A DNA stretch of 35,388 bases from Candidatus Binatia bacterium (GCA_050185455.1 JBFWZL010000003.1:1-35388); one strand, 5' to 3'; shown: positions 18,058 through 29,321, counted from the stretch's first letter. The notes: generated from the letters alone by a model not told the origin. Numbers and translations: made by a program.

Positions 18058-19051
18058 GCGTGCTCTTTCTCAGAATACACAAACCGGGTCAACTCTTCGA
18101 CCGGTTCCCACGTTCCCCCTTCAGCAAACTCCACCGCCGTCGCGATCTCTTGAGCAATCTCATCTTCAAGTTGCTTGAGATCGTCGTCGGTCAAGAGTCC
18201 TTGCGCCTGCATACGCGCTTGAAAGGTTGTGATCGGATCGCGATGTTTCCATTCTTCTACCTCTTGTTTGTCGCGGTAGAGTTGTGGGTCGTACATGGAA
18301 TGCGCCCGGAATCGATAGGTGCGGAACTCCAGGAAGCAAGGTCCTCCGCCCGAACGTACGGCTAATGCGGCCCGTTGTGTCGCCTCTTCGCAAGCGACGA
18401 CGTCCATGCCATCAACCGGCCAGGCGGGCATCTCGTAGCTTGTTGCCTTGAGACATAAATCAATTTCCGACTCGGACCGTCGCAACGCCGTTCCCATGGC
18501 GTACAAATTATTTTCACAACAAAATAACACCGGTAAATCCCAGAGGGCGGCAAGGTTCATGGCTTCGTGAAATTCACCTTCCGCCATCGCCCCTTCGCCG
18601 AAAAAACACGCGGTGACGTGTGAACGGCCTTGCATTTTATCGGCGAGCGCCAGGCCGACCGCCACCGGCAACCCGCCACCGACAATCGCGTTCCCGCCAT
18701 AGAAGCGAGTCGCGACGTCAAAGAGATGCATCGAGCCGCCGCGACCGCGGCTGCATCCCTCTTGTTTGCCATACATTTCGGCCATGATCGAGGCGGCCGA
18801 GAGGCCGCGCGCCAGCGCATGACCATGTTCACGGTACGTCGCAATAATGGCGTCCTCCGACTCCAGCGCTTGCATGGCGCCGACGGCGACCGCTTCCTCT
18901 CCGATGTACAGATGAAGAAACCCGCGAATTTTTGTCGCGCTGTACAATTCCGCGCATTTCTCCTCGAAGCGGCGAATGCGCAGCATCTCTCGTAATAACA
19001 ACAGCGAGTGATGACGTTCGAGCGGGGGAGATTGTAAGACCGCTGGTTGAC

Positions 19052-19055
<4 letters not shown>
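18054..19055 (-). CDS. pdhA: 2-oxoacid (pyruvate) dehydrogenase E1 alpha subunit
   Basis: [28 protein letters not shown] motif GEGA...[13 protein letters not shown]. Confidence 0.95.
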
Positions 19056-20818
<1,763 letters not shown>

Positions 20819-20855
20819 GAGATGCACCTCGATGTTGTGCGTTCCTCTCACCTAG

Positions 20856-20871
20856 TGCAATTCAGATACCG
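20856..20871 (-). promoter_or_regulatory. Sigma54 -24/-12 promoter (acsA-pdhABC-acp operon)
   Basis: Minus strand CGGTATCTGAATTGCA: GG-N10-GC with TTGC. Confidence 0.75.
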
Positions 20872-20998
20872 CGAGAAATGTTCGTAGCAAAAATAAAAAA
20901 GGCGTGAGGATTCTCAAAAATGACAAGGTTCTGCTCCTATTTTCTCAAGTTTGCGATACCCTTGCCTCTTTTCAGAAAGATTGTGGCTGTCGACGTCC

Positions 20999-21014
20999 CG
21001 GCATGGCTCGTGCT
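20999..21014 (+). promoter_or_regulatory. Putative sigma54 -24/-12 promoter (AhpD-like gene)
   Basis: CGGCATGGCTCGTGCT: GG-N10-GC, with -12 box GTGC. Confidence 0.55.
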
Positions 21015-21079
21015 GGAAAAAAGAGAAAATTTATTTTTATGACAGATTTTCTAGCTTTGTTTCGCGTAAGGAGGAAGCG

Positions 21080-21433
21080 ATGGAAAATTCATATCCCCAA
21101 CACCGTCAACACCTCAATGAACTCCTGCTCAAACTTGGGAAAGAACTCCCGGGGCCGATGTCAGGCTTTGGACAATTACACAAGCACGCTGTTGCCGATG
21201 GCGCCCTAAGCACGAAAATGAAGGAGTTAATCGCTCTTGGCATTGGCATTGCCGCCCGATGTGATGGCTGCATTGCCTATCACGTCCACGACGCGTTACG
21301 TGCGGGCGCCACCCGGAAAGAAGTCATCGAAGCCATTGGCGTGGCGATCCTGATGGGCGGCGGCCCGGCGACGATGTACGGCGCGCAAGCGTTTGAGGCA
21401 TTGGAGCAGTTTGAGGCCAGAGAAACGCATTAA
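21080..21433 (+). CDS. Carboxymuconolactone decarboxylase / AhpD-like CxxC protein
   Basis: GALSTKMKELIALGIGIAARCDGCIAYH...GATRKEV.EAI.VA..MGGGP. AAGGAGG RBS. Confidence 0.93.
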   Translation: MENSYPQHRQHLNELLLKLGKELPGPMSGFGQLHKHAVADGALSTKMKELIALGIGIAARCDGCIAYHVHDALRAGATRKEVIEAIGVAILMGGGPATMYGAQAFEALEQFEARETH

Positions 21434-21439
21434 AGAATG

Positions 21440-21470
21440 AAAGAGAGCGGTTCTTACGCTGCTCTCTTTT
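21440..21470. terminator. Probable bidirectional intrinsic terminator
   Basis: AAAGAGAGCGG-loop-CTGCTCTCTTTT hairpin between convergent genes. Confidence 0.65.
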
Positions 21471-21472
21471 AG

Positions 21473-22816
21473 TTACTTCATTGCAGGGATTATTCCCGCC
21501 TCCATCAACGCCTGCGTTTCTTCCTGAGCGTTTTTGATGATCTTCGACGCCTGCGCAAACAATTCATCTCTTATCATTCGTATCTGCGCAATTCCCTGTT
21601 CGATCGCTTTCATTCCCACTGCCGCAGCCTCACGTGGGAAAATTTCCCACTCGTCCATACGGGGGAGAATGTACTCTTCCGTCAAGCCTTTTTCTTCGGC
21701 GCAACGCGCTAATTCTTCCGCGGCGGCGATGCACATTTCGTCGGTAATCGTGCTGGCTCTGACATCCAACACGCCGCGAAAAATCGCGGGAAAACCGAGC
21801 GAGTTGTTTAACTGATTGGGAAAATCGCTCCTCCCGGTCGCGACAACTCTTGCTCCGGCTTCCTGGGCTTCCCAGGGCCAGATTTCCGGGACCGGGTTCG
21901 CGCAGGCGAAAACAATTGCCTCTTTCGCCATGGTTGTGATCCACTCCGGCTTGATCACTCCCGGTCCAGAACGAGAAAAGGCCATACACACGTCAGCGTC
22001 TTGCAACGCTTCGGCGATTCCCCCGCTGCGCCGCTTTTCGTTGGAAACCTCGCACACATTCCATTTGACTGCGTTCTCGGGCGTACGCAGATCGGTTCTT
22101 TCTCTGTGGAGTATCCCTTGCGTATCCACCATGATGAGGTGACCTGGCGGAAATCCAGCCGCCAGGAGCACGCGAAAGACCGAGATGTTCGCCGCGCCAG
22201 CGCCGATGAGGGTGATCCGTGCTTCTCCTTTTTTCTTTCCCACGACTTTCAGCGCATTGAGCAATCCCGCCAGAATGACCGCCGCCGTTCCCTGTTGATC
22301 GTCATGCCATACTGGAATATCCAGTTCCTTGCGAAGCCGGTCCAAAATGTAGAAGCATTTGGGTTTGGCGATATCTTCCAGATTGATAGCGCCAAATGTC
22401 GGCGCCAACCACTTGCACGCTTGAATAATTTCCTCCGGATTTTTCGTGCCGAGACAGATGGGGAACGCGTCAACGCCGCCGAGATATTTGAACAACACGG
22501 CTTTGCCTTCCATCACCGGCAGCGCCGCGTGAGGACCAATATCGCCCAGACCGAGCACCCGCGTACCGTCAGACACAATGGCGACAAAGTTGCCTTTGTT
22601 GGTGTGCGCGAAGACTCGCTCGGGATGTTGGGCAATGTCTCGACATGGAGCCGCTACCCCCGGCGTATACCAAATCGCGAAATCCTCAAGCGTCCGGATG
22701 GGGCACTTGGGGGTGACCGCCAACTTGCCGCGATAGAAGGGATGCAAGCGTAGGGCGTCAGCGCTCGGTTTCTGCGCCTTGCTCAGTAGTTCTTCAACAT
22801 TGATGCGACCTGCCAT
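21473..22816 (-). CDS. NAD(P)-dependent malic enzyme (short form, no PTA domain)
   Basis: YTPGVA.PC, SDGTRVLGLGDIG, VMEGKA.LFK, INLEDI, HDDQQGTA, GAGAA, ANPVPEI, ATGRSDFPNQ.NN.LGFP. Confidence 0.95.
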   Translation of the reverse strand: MAGRINVEELLSKAQKPSADALRLHPFYRGKLAVTPKCPIRTLEDFAIWYTPGVAAPCRDIAQHPERVFAHTNKGNFVAIVSDGTRVLGLGDIGPHAALPVMEGKAVLFKYLGGVDAFPICLGTKNPEEIIQACKWLAPTFGAINLEDIAKPKCFYILDRLRKELDIPVWHDDQQGTAAVILAGLLNALKVVGKKKGEARITLIGAGAANISVFRVLLAAGFPPGHLIMVDTQGILHRERTDLRTPENAVKWNVCEVSNEKRRSGGIAEALQDADVCMAFSRSGPGVIKPEWITTMAKEAIVFACANPVPEIWPWEAQEAGARVVATGRSDFPNQLNNSLGFPAIFRGVLDVRASTITDEMCIAAAEELARCAEEKGLTEEYILPRMDEWEIFPREAAAVGMKAIEQGIAQIRMIRDELFAQASKIIKNAQEETQALMEAGIIPAMK

Positions 22817-22860
22817 GGTGTGTCCTCTCTGACATTGTCTGGGAATCTACCTTCTGTAGT

Positions 22861-22876
22861 AGCAAGCAGCCTGCCG
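22861..22876 (-). promoter_or_regulatory. Sigma54 -24/-12 promoter (malic enzyme)
   Basis: Minus strand CGGCAGGCTGCTTGCT: GG-N10-GC with TTGC. Confidence 0.75.
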
Positions 22877-23043
22877 CTGTCCATTATGGTTCTGTACCTG
22901 GGGCTTAGCTTCGTGGTGACAATAATTCTATAGTTATTCCAATTGCTGCTAATAGGTTCTCCGTTCTTTAGTATTTATGGGAATCTTCTCCACAGTATTT
23001 TTCTTACGCTTTGCGCAGAGGGATTCTCCAAGATTTCTTCTGT

Positions 23044-23059
23044 TGGTACAGCGTTTGCT
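23044..23059 (+). promoter_or_regulatory. Sigma54 -24/-12 promoter (APH-AAA gene)
   Basis: TGGTACAGCGTTTGCT: GG-N10-GC with TTGC. Confidence 0.78.
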
Positions 23060-23161
23060 TTTATCTTCCTTATGTGGCCGCCTGAAAGCCGAAGAACATG
23101 TTATGAATACTACCGAGACAGTGGCATGTGACAAACCAAGGTAGAATAAGGTGTATCTTTC

Positions 23162-24775
23162 ATGAACAATCTCGATCCTCATAACAGCGCGGTCTTTACT
23201 GACCTATTGACGGCCTTATGCCAGCCGGCCTGCTACCCCCATCATCCCGACCATGTAGAGCTGGTGCAAACGCATATCTCCGCAGTCTTTCTAGCTGGCG
23301 ATGAAGTGTACAAGCTGAAAAAGCCGGTTCGTTTCTCTTTTCTTGACTATTCAACCTTGCAACTCCGGCATCATTACTGTGAAGAAGAAGTCCGTCTGAA
23401 TCGACGGCTCGCGCCCACGGTCTATTTAGGCGTTGCTCCCGTGCTGCGCATTGGCAACGAGTATCGCGTTCGTGAAGCGGTCAACATGCGGGACGCCGTC
23501 GTGGTGGACTATCTCGTGAGAATGCGGCGTTTGCCTCCGGAACGAACCTTGGCGGCGCTTCTTACCGCTGAGCGCATCGGTAAAGAGGATATTCAGGTGC
23601 TAGCGAAACGGCTCGTACATTTTCATCAATCCGCGGCGACCAAGGATGCGGCGATGTACGGCGCTCCTGAGGTTGTGTGGCAAGCGCTGGCGGACAACTT
23701 TAGTGAGACGGCGTCCTTTATCGGCGATACTATTAGTCAGAAACAATACTCCTGCATTCAGGACTTCAGTCGACGGTTCTTCGAGGACTATCAGGACCTT
23801 CTCACGCGGCGTATCCTGCATGATCGTATCCGCGAGGGACATGGCGACCTGCGCTGTGATCATGTGTATTTTCTCGATCAAGGCATCGAGATGATTGACT
23901 GCATTGAGTTCAGTCCGCGTCTGCGCACTTGCGATGTCGCGTCGGAACTCGCGTTCCTGGCGATGGATCTTGAACTCCGCGGCGCGCCTACGGTCGCGGC
24001 TGACCTGGTTCACGAATATGTTGTGCAAGCCGACGACGCGGAACTTTTACCGTTGCTGCCATTTTACCAATGTTACCGCGCGTATGTGCGTGGGAAGGTG
24101 GAGAGCCTGAAGAGCCGTGAGCCGGAAATTTCTCCCACGGAACAAGACCGTGCGTGCTGGCAAGCGCGACGCGCCTTTCGCCTCGCGTATCGGTATGCGC
24201 GTGGGCCGCTGGCTCCGTCATTGCTCGTGGTCTGTGGTCGAGTCGGTACGGGTAAGTCCACGGTGGCTCAGCTCTTGAGCGCTCATACCGGCTTTGCCGT
24301 ACACAACTCGGATGTGGTGCGCAAACGTCTAGCCGGGCTTCCTCCGACAGCTCATGCAAATGATGAATATCGCAGCGGCATCTATAGTGAAGATTTTTCG
24401 AGAAAAACGTATGCCGCATTACAGACTCAGGCTGAGGAAACACTGCGGAATGGTCGAGGCGTCATCATCGACGCGACGTGTAAACAGCGAGAGGATCGTC
24501 ACAGTTTTCTGGCTCTAGGCGAGCGATTGGGAATTCCGGTGTTATTCGTTGAATGTCGCGCCTCGCTTACCGAAGTCGAGCGACGTTTACGCGAACGGGA
24601 AAAACGCGGCGATTCGGCCTCCGACGCCACCGTAGACATCGCGCGACAGCAAGAAAGTGATTTTCCTTCTTTTGACGATCTTCCCGCCTCACGTCACTGG
24701 GCGATAGACACCGAAAGTGACCTTGACGAGGCCTTGGTCCCGGTTGAAGAAGCGCTTGTTGTAGTCAATCATTGA
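23162..24775 (+). CDS. Aminoglycoside phosphotransferase-like + AAA_33 P-loop kinase fusion (Rv2004c-like)
   Basis: QTHISAVFL...YKLKKPV, EVRLNRRLAP.VY, REGHGDLR, IDCIEF, D...ELAFLAMDL, Walker A GRVGTGKST, SDVVRK.LAG. Confidence 0.92.
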   Translation: MNNLDPHNSAVFTDLLTALCQPACYPHHPDHVELVQTHISAVFLAGDEVYKLKKPVRFSFLDYSTLQLRHHYCEEEVRLNRRLAPTVYLGVAPVLRIGNEYRVREAVNMRDAVVVDYLVRMRRLPPERTLAALLTAERIGKEDIQVLAKRLVHFHQSAATKDAAMYGAPEVVWQALADNFSETASFIGDTISQKQYSCIQDFSRRFFEDYQDLLTRRILHDRIREGHGDLRCDHVYFLDQGIEMIDCIEFSPRLRTCDVASELAFLAMDLELRGAPTVAADLVHEYVVQADDAELLPLLPFYQCYRAYVRGKVESLKSREPEISPTEQDRACWQARRAFRLAYRYARGPLAPSLLVVCGRVGTGKSTVAQLLSAHTGFAVHNSDVVRKRLAGLPPTAHANDEYRSGIYSEDFSRKTYAALQTQAEETLRNGRGVIIDATCKQREDRHSFLALGERLGIPVLFVECRASLTEVERRLREREKRGDSASDATVDIARQQESDFPSFDDLPASRHWAIDTESDLDEALVPVEEALVVVNH

Positions 24776-24943
24776 AGAACGAGAAACAGACGCTACCGGA
24801 GCAGGCGTCGGAGAACGTCGCCAACTGAGCAGCGTTAAGAGCAAAACAAGCGCCACCATCAGGAAAAAGAAGAGCCAGAGGAGGGAAAAGCGCAGGCGTA
24901 ACCAGCGGAGACGACGGGGCGAGGGGGGCGAAGCATTTGCCAT
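24689..24943 (-). CDS. Possible small membrane-anchored protein or N-terminal gene remnant
   Basis: ATG 26 nt after the ybaK stop. Basic N-terminus, one strong hydrophobic helix and a Pro-rich linker. The last 87 nt overlap the convergent APH-AAA gene. Confidence 0.35.
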   Translation of the reverse strand: MANASPPSPRRLRWLRLRFSLLWLFFFLMVALVLLLTLLSWRRSPTPAPVASVSRSSMIDYNKRFFNRDQGLVKVTFGVYRPVT

Positions 24944-24969
24944 AGGTTCGTTTTCTCTAGTGTTCCGGC

Positions 24970-25440
24970 CTAGAGATGTCGGGCAAACTTTGCGACACGA
25001 GGATGCACGAGACGCTGATAGTCATCATAACGCATGTGGATAGTTTGCCAGTGAGAGCCGCTGTTGAAAGCAATTTCTTCATCTTCCGCCAGTGACACGT
25101 CCATAACGGTATCGAGATTAAATAAATTACCGAACGGCGGTTCGGCGCCGACTTCGCAACCAGGGAAAAGAGTGCGAAACTTCTCCTCTTGTTCAAGTTC
25201 TACGTGTTCGCCTAACACCTGGCGCAGTCGAGCAAAATCCACCTGATGAGAAGCAGGAAGCACCAGCATGACTGGCGCGCCGTTGTCCTTTTTCACGAGA
25301 ACAACTTTGGCCATTTGTTTCCCCGGTATATGTTGCAACGCGGCTACTTCTTGCGCCGTATAGGCGAGTGAATGCGTGAGCACTTGATATTTGATCTTCT
25401 GCTCGTCGAGATACTCTTGGAGTTTTCGTAATATCGGCAC
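24970..25440 (-). CDS. YbaK/ProX-family aminoacyl-tRNA deacylase-like protein
   Basis: H..AYTAQEVA...MAKVVLVK, LVLPASH.VD, FPGCEVGA.PPFG, IAFNSGSH. GTG start with GAGG RBS. Confidence 0.92.
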   Translation of the reverse strand: MPILRKLQEYLDEQKIKYQVLTHSLAYTAQEVAALQHIPGKQMAKVVLVKKDNGAPVMLVLPASHQVDFARLRQVLGEHVELEQEEKFRTLFPGCEVGAEPPFGNLFNLDTVMDVSLAEDEEIAFNSGSHWQTIHMRYDDYQRLVHPRVAKFARHL

Positions 25441-25525
25441 TATGCACCTCGTTCTTTGCGCTAGCAGACTACCCTACTGATGAATTTTGACAAACAAGTT
25501 CGGTAACACCAACGTGGAAACCGGA

Positions 25526-25588
25526 GCGCCACGGACAGCTTGCCGCCCGTGCTAACGGCCGCACGGGCGAACAAGTCGCTAGTGGCGC
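25526..25588. repeat. REPIN-like inverted doublet of REP palindromes
   Basis: GCGCCACGGACAGCTTGCCGCCCGTG (25526-25551) facing CACGGGCGAACAAGTCGCTAGTGGCGC (25562-25588). Same architecture as 4975-5000. Confidence 0.65.
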
Positions 25589-25628
25589 CCTCTCTCACAG
25601 TTATCGATTTTAACCGTCCAACTTTGTT

Positions 25629-25644
25629 AGCAAGCTGTTTGCCG
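25629..25644 (-). promoter_or_regulatory. Sigma54 -24/-12 promoter (ybaK-like gene)
   Basis: Minus strand CGGCAAACAGCTTGCT: GG-N10-GC with TTGC. Confidence 0.75.
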
Positions 25645-25759
25645 AGCCAAGAGGCTGCATGAATCGTCGATTCTTGTCTGTTTCTTCCCATCTCTGATAA
25701 TTTTTTAGCCTCCTTTTCTTATTCACGAGAAAAGGGAGGCGCTCTTTCCTTCTCGCTTC

Positions 25760-25775
25760 TGGTATGGAGCTTGCT
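25760..25775 (+). promoter_or_regulatory. Sigma54 -24/-12 promoter (P-type ATPase operon)
   Basis: TGGTATGGAGCTTGCT: GG-N10-GC with TTGC. Confidence 0.8.
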
Positions 25776-25824
25776 TTTCCAAAGCGAGATTGTGGAAAGG
25801 GGCGCCTTGAGCGCTGGGAGGAGC

Positions 25825-28671
25825 ATGACGTCCGCCTCGATTGAGACCTTGCCAATCTCCTCGGTGTATGGCGCTGTCGCTACCCGCCCTCAAGGATTGA
25901 CGCAAGCGGAAGCGGACGAACGCTTACGGCGGTACGGGTGCAATACTCTTCGCGAGGTTGCTTCTACCTCTCTCGCACGAAAGTTCCTGGCAAACTGTAC
26001 GCATCTGATGGCGCTCTTGTTGTGGATTGGCGGAGGGCTGGGATTTCTTGCGCGCATGCCTGAGTTGGGCGCCGCCATCTGGGCAGTCAATTTGATTAAT
26101 GGCGTCTTCAGTTTTTGGCAAGAGTACAAGGCTGAAAAAGCCCTGGAGGCCCTGCGTCGGTTGTTGCCGATGTACAGCCGAGTGCTGCGCGATGGTGTTG
26201 AACAACGTCTCCTTGCCAAAGAGTTGACGCCGGGTGATGTCATTCTCCTGGCCGAGGGAGAGCACATTTCCGCCGACGCCCGCCTGGTTGAGGAAACCGA
26301 GCTGCGTGTGGACCAATCGACTCTTACCGGAGAATCTCATCCCGTCCGCAAAACGGCGGAAGCCGTGCTGCGTCAGAACCTCACGCGCGCCGAGATCCCT
26401 AACCTGGTTTTTGCCGGGACTAGTGTTGTGGCGGGCGCCGGCAAGGCCGTGGTGTTTGCCAGCGCTATGGAGACGGAGTTCGGTAAGATCGCCCACTTGA
26501 CTCAAGAGGTGAGCGAGACCCTCAGCCCCTTACAAAAAGAAATGATCCGGGTCACGCAGATTGTGACGATTATTGCTGTGAGTGTGGGCGTTCTGCTCTT
26601 TGCGTTGACAGTCGCTCTGGGCGGCATGAATGTAACGGAGGGGTTTATTTTCGCCATTGGGATGATCGTTGCTTTCGTACCGGAGGGTCTTTTGCCTACA
26701 GTTTCACTCGCCTTGGCGATGGGGACGCAACGCATGGCGCGCCGTCACGCACTCATCAAGCGCTTATCCGCGGTGGAAACTCTCGGTTGCACCACGGTGA
26801 TTTGCACGGATAAGACCGGAACCCTGACACAGAACGAGATGACTGTCCGAGAGGTGTGGGTAGCCGATCAACGCTTTCCGGTCTCCGGAGTTGGCTATGC
26901 CCCTGAAGGATGCTTGCTGCAATCCGGGCAGCCTGTTCTTCCTTCTCGCGCTAGCGATATAGGTCAGGTGTTACTTGCCGCCGCACTCTGCAACGATGCG
27001 CGCCTACTACCCCCGAGCAGTGAGTCCCCGCAGTGGACTGTGTTAGGAGACCCGACGGAAGCCGCGTTGCTGGTGGTGGCGCGAAAAGGCGGGCTCGATC
27101 TCCAGGAAGTGTCACGGCAAGTTCCGCGTCTCCGAGAGTTGCCCTTTGACTCTCGGCGAAAACGAATGAGCACGATCCATGACGCCCACGTCACGTTGTG
27201 TCTGGAGCAAGAAAGCAGAACATCCGACGATTCCCCACACGTCTCACAAGATCCACAACAGGCAACCCGGGTCACGCAACACGATGCTTTTGTCGTATAT
27301 GTGAAAGGAGCCCCGAAAGAAGTGCTCTCGCTTTGCACGCAGGTGCAGAGAGATGGGCGAAACTGTCCCTTCTCCGAGACTCAGCGCGCCCAGGTTATCG
27401 CGGTCAACGACGATTATGCGCGCACGGGGTTGCGAGTGCTGGCTATTGCCCAACGACTGTTTAAAGAAAGTCCCACTGCGTGGACTCCGGAAACGATCGA
27501 GCAAGACCTCACTTTCCTGGGTTTAGTCGCGATGATGGACCCACCGCGCGACGAGGTGGCCGAAGCGGTGGAGAAATGCCGTCGCGCCGGAATTCGCATC
27601 ATCATGATTACTGGAGATTATGGATTGACGGCGGAAAGCATTGCGCGCCGCGTGGGGATTATACATGGACCGCAGCCGCGGTTGTTGACCGGCGCGGAGC
27701 TGGCAACGATGGAAGACGCAGCCTTGAAAGAGGTATTGCAAGGCGAGGTCATCGTGGCGCGCGCTGCTCCTGACCATAAACTGCGCATTGTAAAAGCGCT
27801 GCAAGATATGGGTCATGTTGTCGCCGTTACTGGCGACGGCGCAAATGACGCCCCCGCGCTCAAGAAGGCGGACATCGGAGTGGCCATGGGTATAGGGGGG
27901 ACGGATGTCGCCAAAGAAGCAGCGGATATGATCCTCACCGACGACAACTTTGCTTCCATCGTGAACGCCGTGGAGGAAGGGCGAGCCGTCTACGCCAACA
28001 TTAAGAAGTTTATTACGTATATCTTTACGAGTAACACGCCGGAAGCCGTTCCTTTCATTTTGTTTGCATTCAGCGGCGGACGAATCCCTTTAGCGCTCAA
28101 TGTCATGCAGGTGCTCTCTATCGATCTAGGGACTGACCTGGTTCCCGCTCTGGCGCTGGGCGCGGAAGCCCCTGAACCTGGAGTTATGAACAAACCGCCG
28201 CGAAAGCTGAACGAACATGTCATTACTCGCGGTCTGTTGCTTCGCGCGTATCCGTGGTTAGGCGCGTTACAGAGCGTTGCGGCCATCGCCGCCTTCTATT
28301 TTCCCTACTGGATGAACGGGTATTGGGGACAGTGGAGTGATTTGCCGGCGCAAGGGCATTTGCATCAGACCGCAACGACCATGACTCTTGCGTCCGTTGT
28401 GGTTACCCAAATAGGGAATCTCTTTGCTCAGCGGACGGAGTCGCTTTCTATCTTGCAGATTGGTTTTTTCAGTAACCGCCTGGTGTGGGGAGGAATCGCC
28501 ACGGAGTTGGCGCTCATTGTGTTGTTGGTCTACGTTCCTCCTTTGCAAGCCATATTCGGCACCGCGGCGCTGCCGCTCCACAATTGGTGGTTCCTCCTGG
28601 CGTGGACTCCCTTACTCTTCCTGGCTGATGAACTACGAAAAGCGCTGGTGCGTGGGAGCACGATCCCATGA
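25825..28671 (+). CDS. Cation-transporting P-type ATPase, type II (Na+/K+-ATPase-like ion-site motifs)
   Basis: LTGES, FVPEGL, CTDKTGTLT, KGAP, DPPR, MITGD, TGDGANDAPALKKADIG, FTSNTPEAVPF, IDLGTD. GGAGGAG RBS before the ATG at 25825. Confidence 0.95.
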   Translation: MTSASIETLPISSVYGAVATRPQGLTQAEADERLRRYGCNTLREVASTSLARKFLANCTHLMALLLWIGGGLGFLARMPELGAAIWAVNLINGVFSFWQEYKAEKALEALRRLLPMYSRVLRDGVEQRLLAKELTPGDVILLAEGEHISADARLVEETELRVDQSTLTGESHPVRKTAEAVLRQNLTRAEIPNLVFAGTSVVAGAGKAVVFASAMETEFGKIAHLTQEVSETLSPLQKEMIRVTQIVTIIAVSVGVLLFALTVALGGMNVTEGFIFAIGMIVAFVPEGLLPTVSLALAMGTQRMARRHALIKRLSAVETLGCTTVICTDKTGTLTQNEMTVREVWVADQRFPVSGVGYAPEGCLLQSGQPVLPSRASDIGQVLLAAALCNDARLLPPSSESPQWTVLGDPTEAALLVVARKGGLDLQEVSRQVPRLRELPFDSRRKRMSTIHDAHVTLCLEQESRTSDDSPHVSQDPQQATRVTQHDAFVVYVKGAPKEVLSLCTQVQRDGRNCPFSETQRAQVIAVNDDYARTGLRVLAIAQRLFKESPTAWTPETIEQDLTFLGLVAMMDPPRDEVAEAVEKCRRAGIRIIMITGDYGLTAESIARRVGIIHGPQPRLLTGAELATMEDAALKEVLQGEVIVARAAPDHKLRIVKALQDMGHVVAVTGDGANDAPALKKADIGVAMGIGGTDVAKEAADMILTDDNFASIVNAVEEGRAVYANIKKFITYIFTSNTPEAVPFILFAFSGGRIPLALNVMQVLSIDLGTDLVPALALGAEAPEPGVMNKPPRKLNEHVITRGLLLRAYPWLGALQSVAAIAAFYFPYWMNGYWGQWSDLPAQGHLHQTATTMTLASVVVTQIGNLFAQRTESLSILQIGFFSNRLVWGGIATELALIVLLVYVPPLQAIFGTAALPLHNWWFLLAWTPLLFLADELRKALVRGSTIP

Positions 28672-29321
28672 AAATCCTTATTATTGGCTGCGGTCGTGTC
28701 GGCTCCGGTCTGGCGCTGAATTTGAGCCGACACGACCATCTAGTGACGGTCATCGATCACGTCCCGACCGCGTTTGCACGTCTGGGCGGAACTTTCGCCG
28801 GGCAGGTCGTGCTTGGCGCTGCTTTCGACCGTGAAGCATTACTACAAGCCGGGATAGAGCGAGCCGACGGGCTGGCGGCGGTAACGGGGAGTGACGAGGT
28901 GAATTTCGTGATTGCCCGTGCAGCCAAACGGATGTTCCGCGTTCCTCGGGTAGTGGCGCGGCTGTACGATCCACACAAAGCTGACATTTATCGCCGACTT
29001 GGTTTGCAAACTATTAATCCCATTACCTGGGGCATTCATCGCATCGCCGAACTGCTCAGTTTCTCTCATCTTGACGCCATCGTCAGTTTGGGAAGTGGTG
29101 AAATTGACATTATTGAGACTGAACTACCTCCCTTGCTGGTAGGGCGTACGGTGAATGAACTGACGCTTGTCGGAGAAATTCAGGTGGCTGCCATCAGTCG
29201 CGGAGGCAGAACTTTTCTTCCTACGCTGGGGACGGTATTTCAGGAAGGAGATCTGGTGCATCTTGTGGTGTTAGCCGCTTCTGTGGCGAGACTCAAAAAA
29301 CTGTTAGGAGACCACCGATGA
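28668..29321 (+). CDS. trkA: TrkA-family K+ uptake regulator (RCK-N + RCK-C)
   Basis: IIGCGRVG, L.QAGIERAD, VTGSDEVN, VVARLYDP, C-terminal RCK-C (FLPTLGTVFQEGD). ATGA overlap with the ATPase. Confidence 0.9.
   Translation: MKILIIGCGRVGSGLALNLSRHDHLVTVIDHVPTAFARLGGTFAGQVVLGAAFDREALLQAGIERADGLAAVTGSDEVNFVIARAAKRMFRVPRVVARLYDPHKADIYRRLGLQTINPITWGIHRIAELLSFSHLDAIVSLGSGEIDIIETELPPLLVGRTVNELTLVGEIQVAAISRGGRTFLPTLGTVFQEGDLVHLVVLAASVARLKKLLGDHR

Noticed and set aside
20951-21079. Extended starts in the ORF track (also 8125, 20851, 25771, 6629)
   Set aside because: They overlap or precede the predicted promoters, or lack an RBS. Downstream ATGs have clear SD sequences.
22001-22753. 250-aa plus-strand ORF
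   Set aside because: Antisense shadow of the malic enzyme.
22943-23182. Short ORFs in the mae / APH-AAA spacer (also 20904-21209 and 25461-25905)
   Set aside because: They span AT-rich divergent promoter DNA and have no RBS or motif support.
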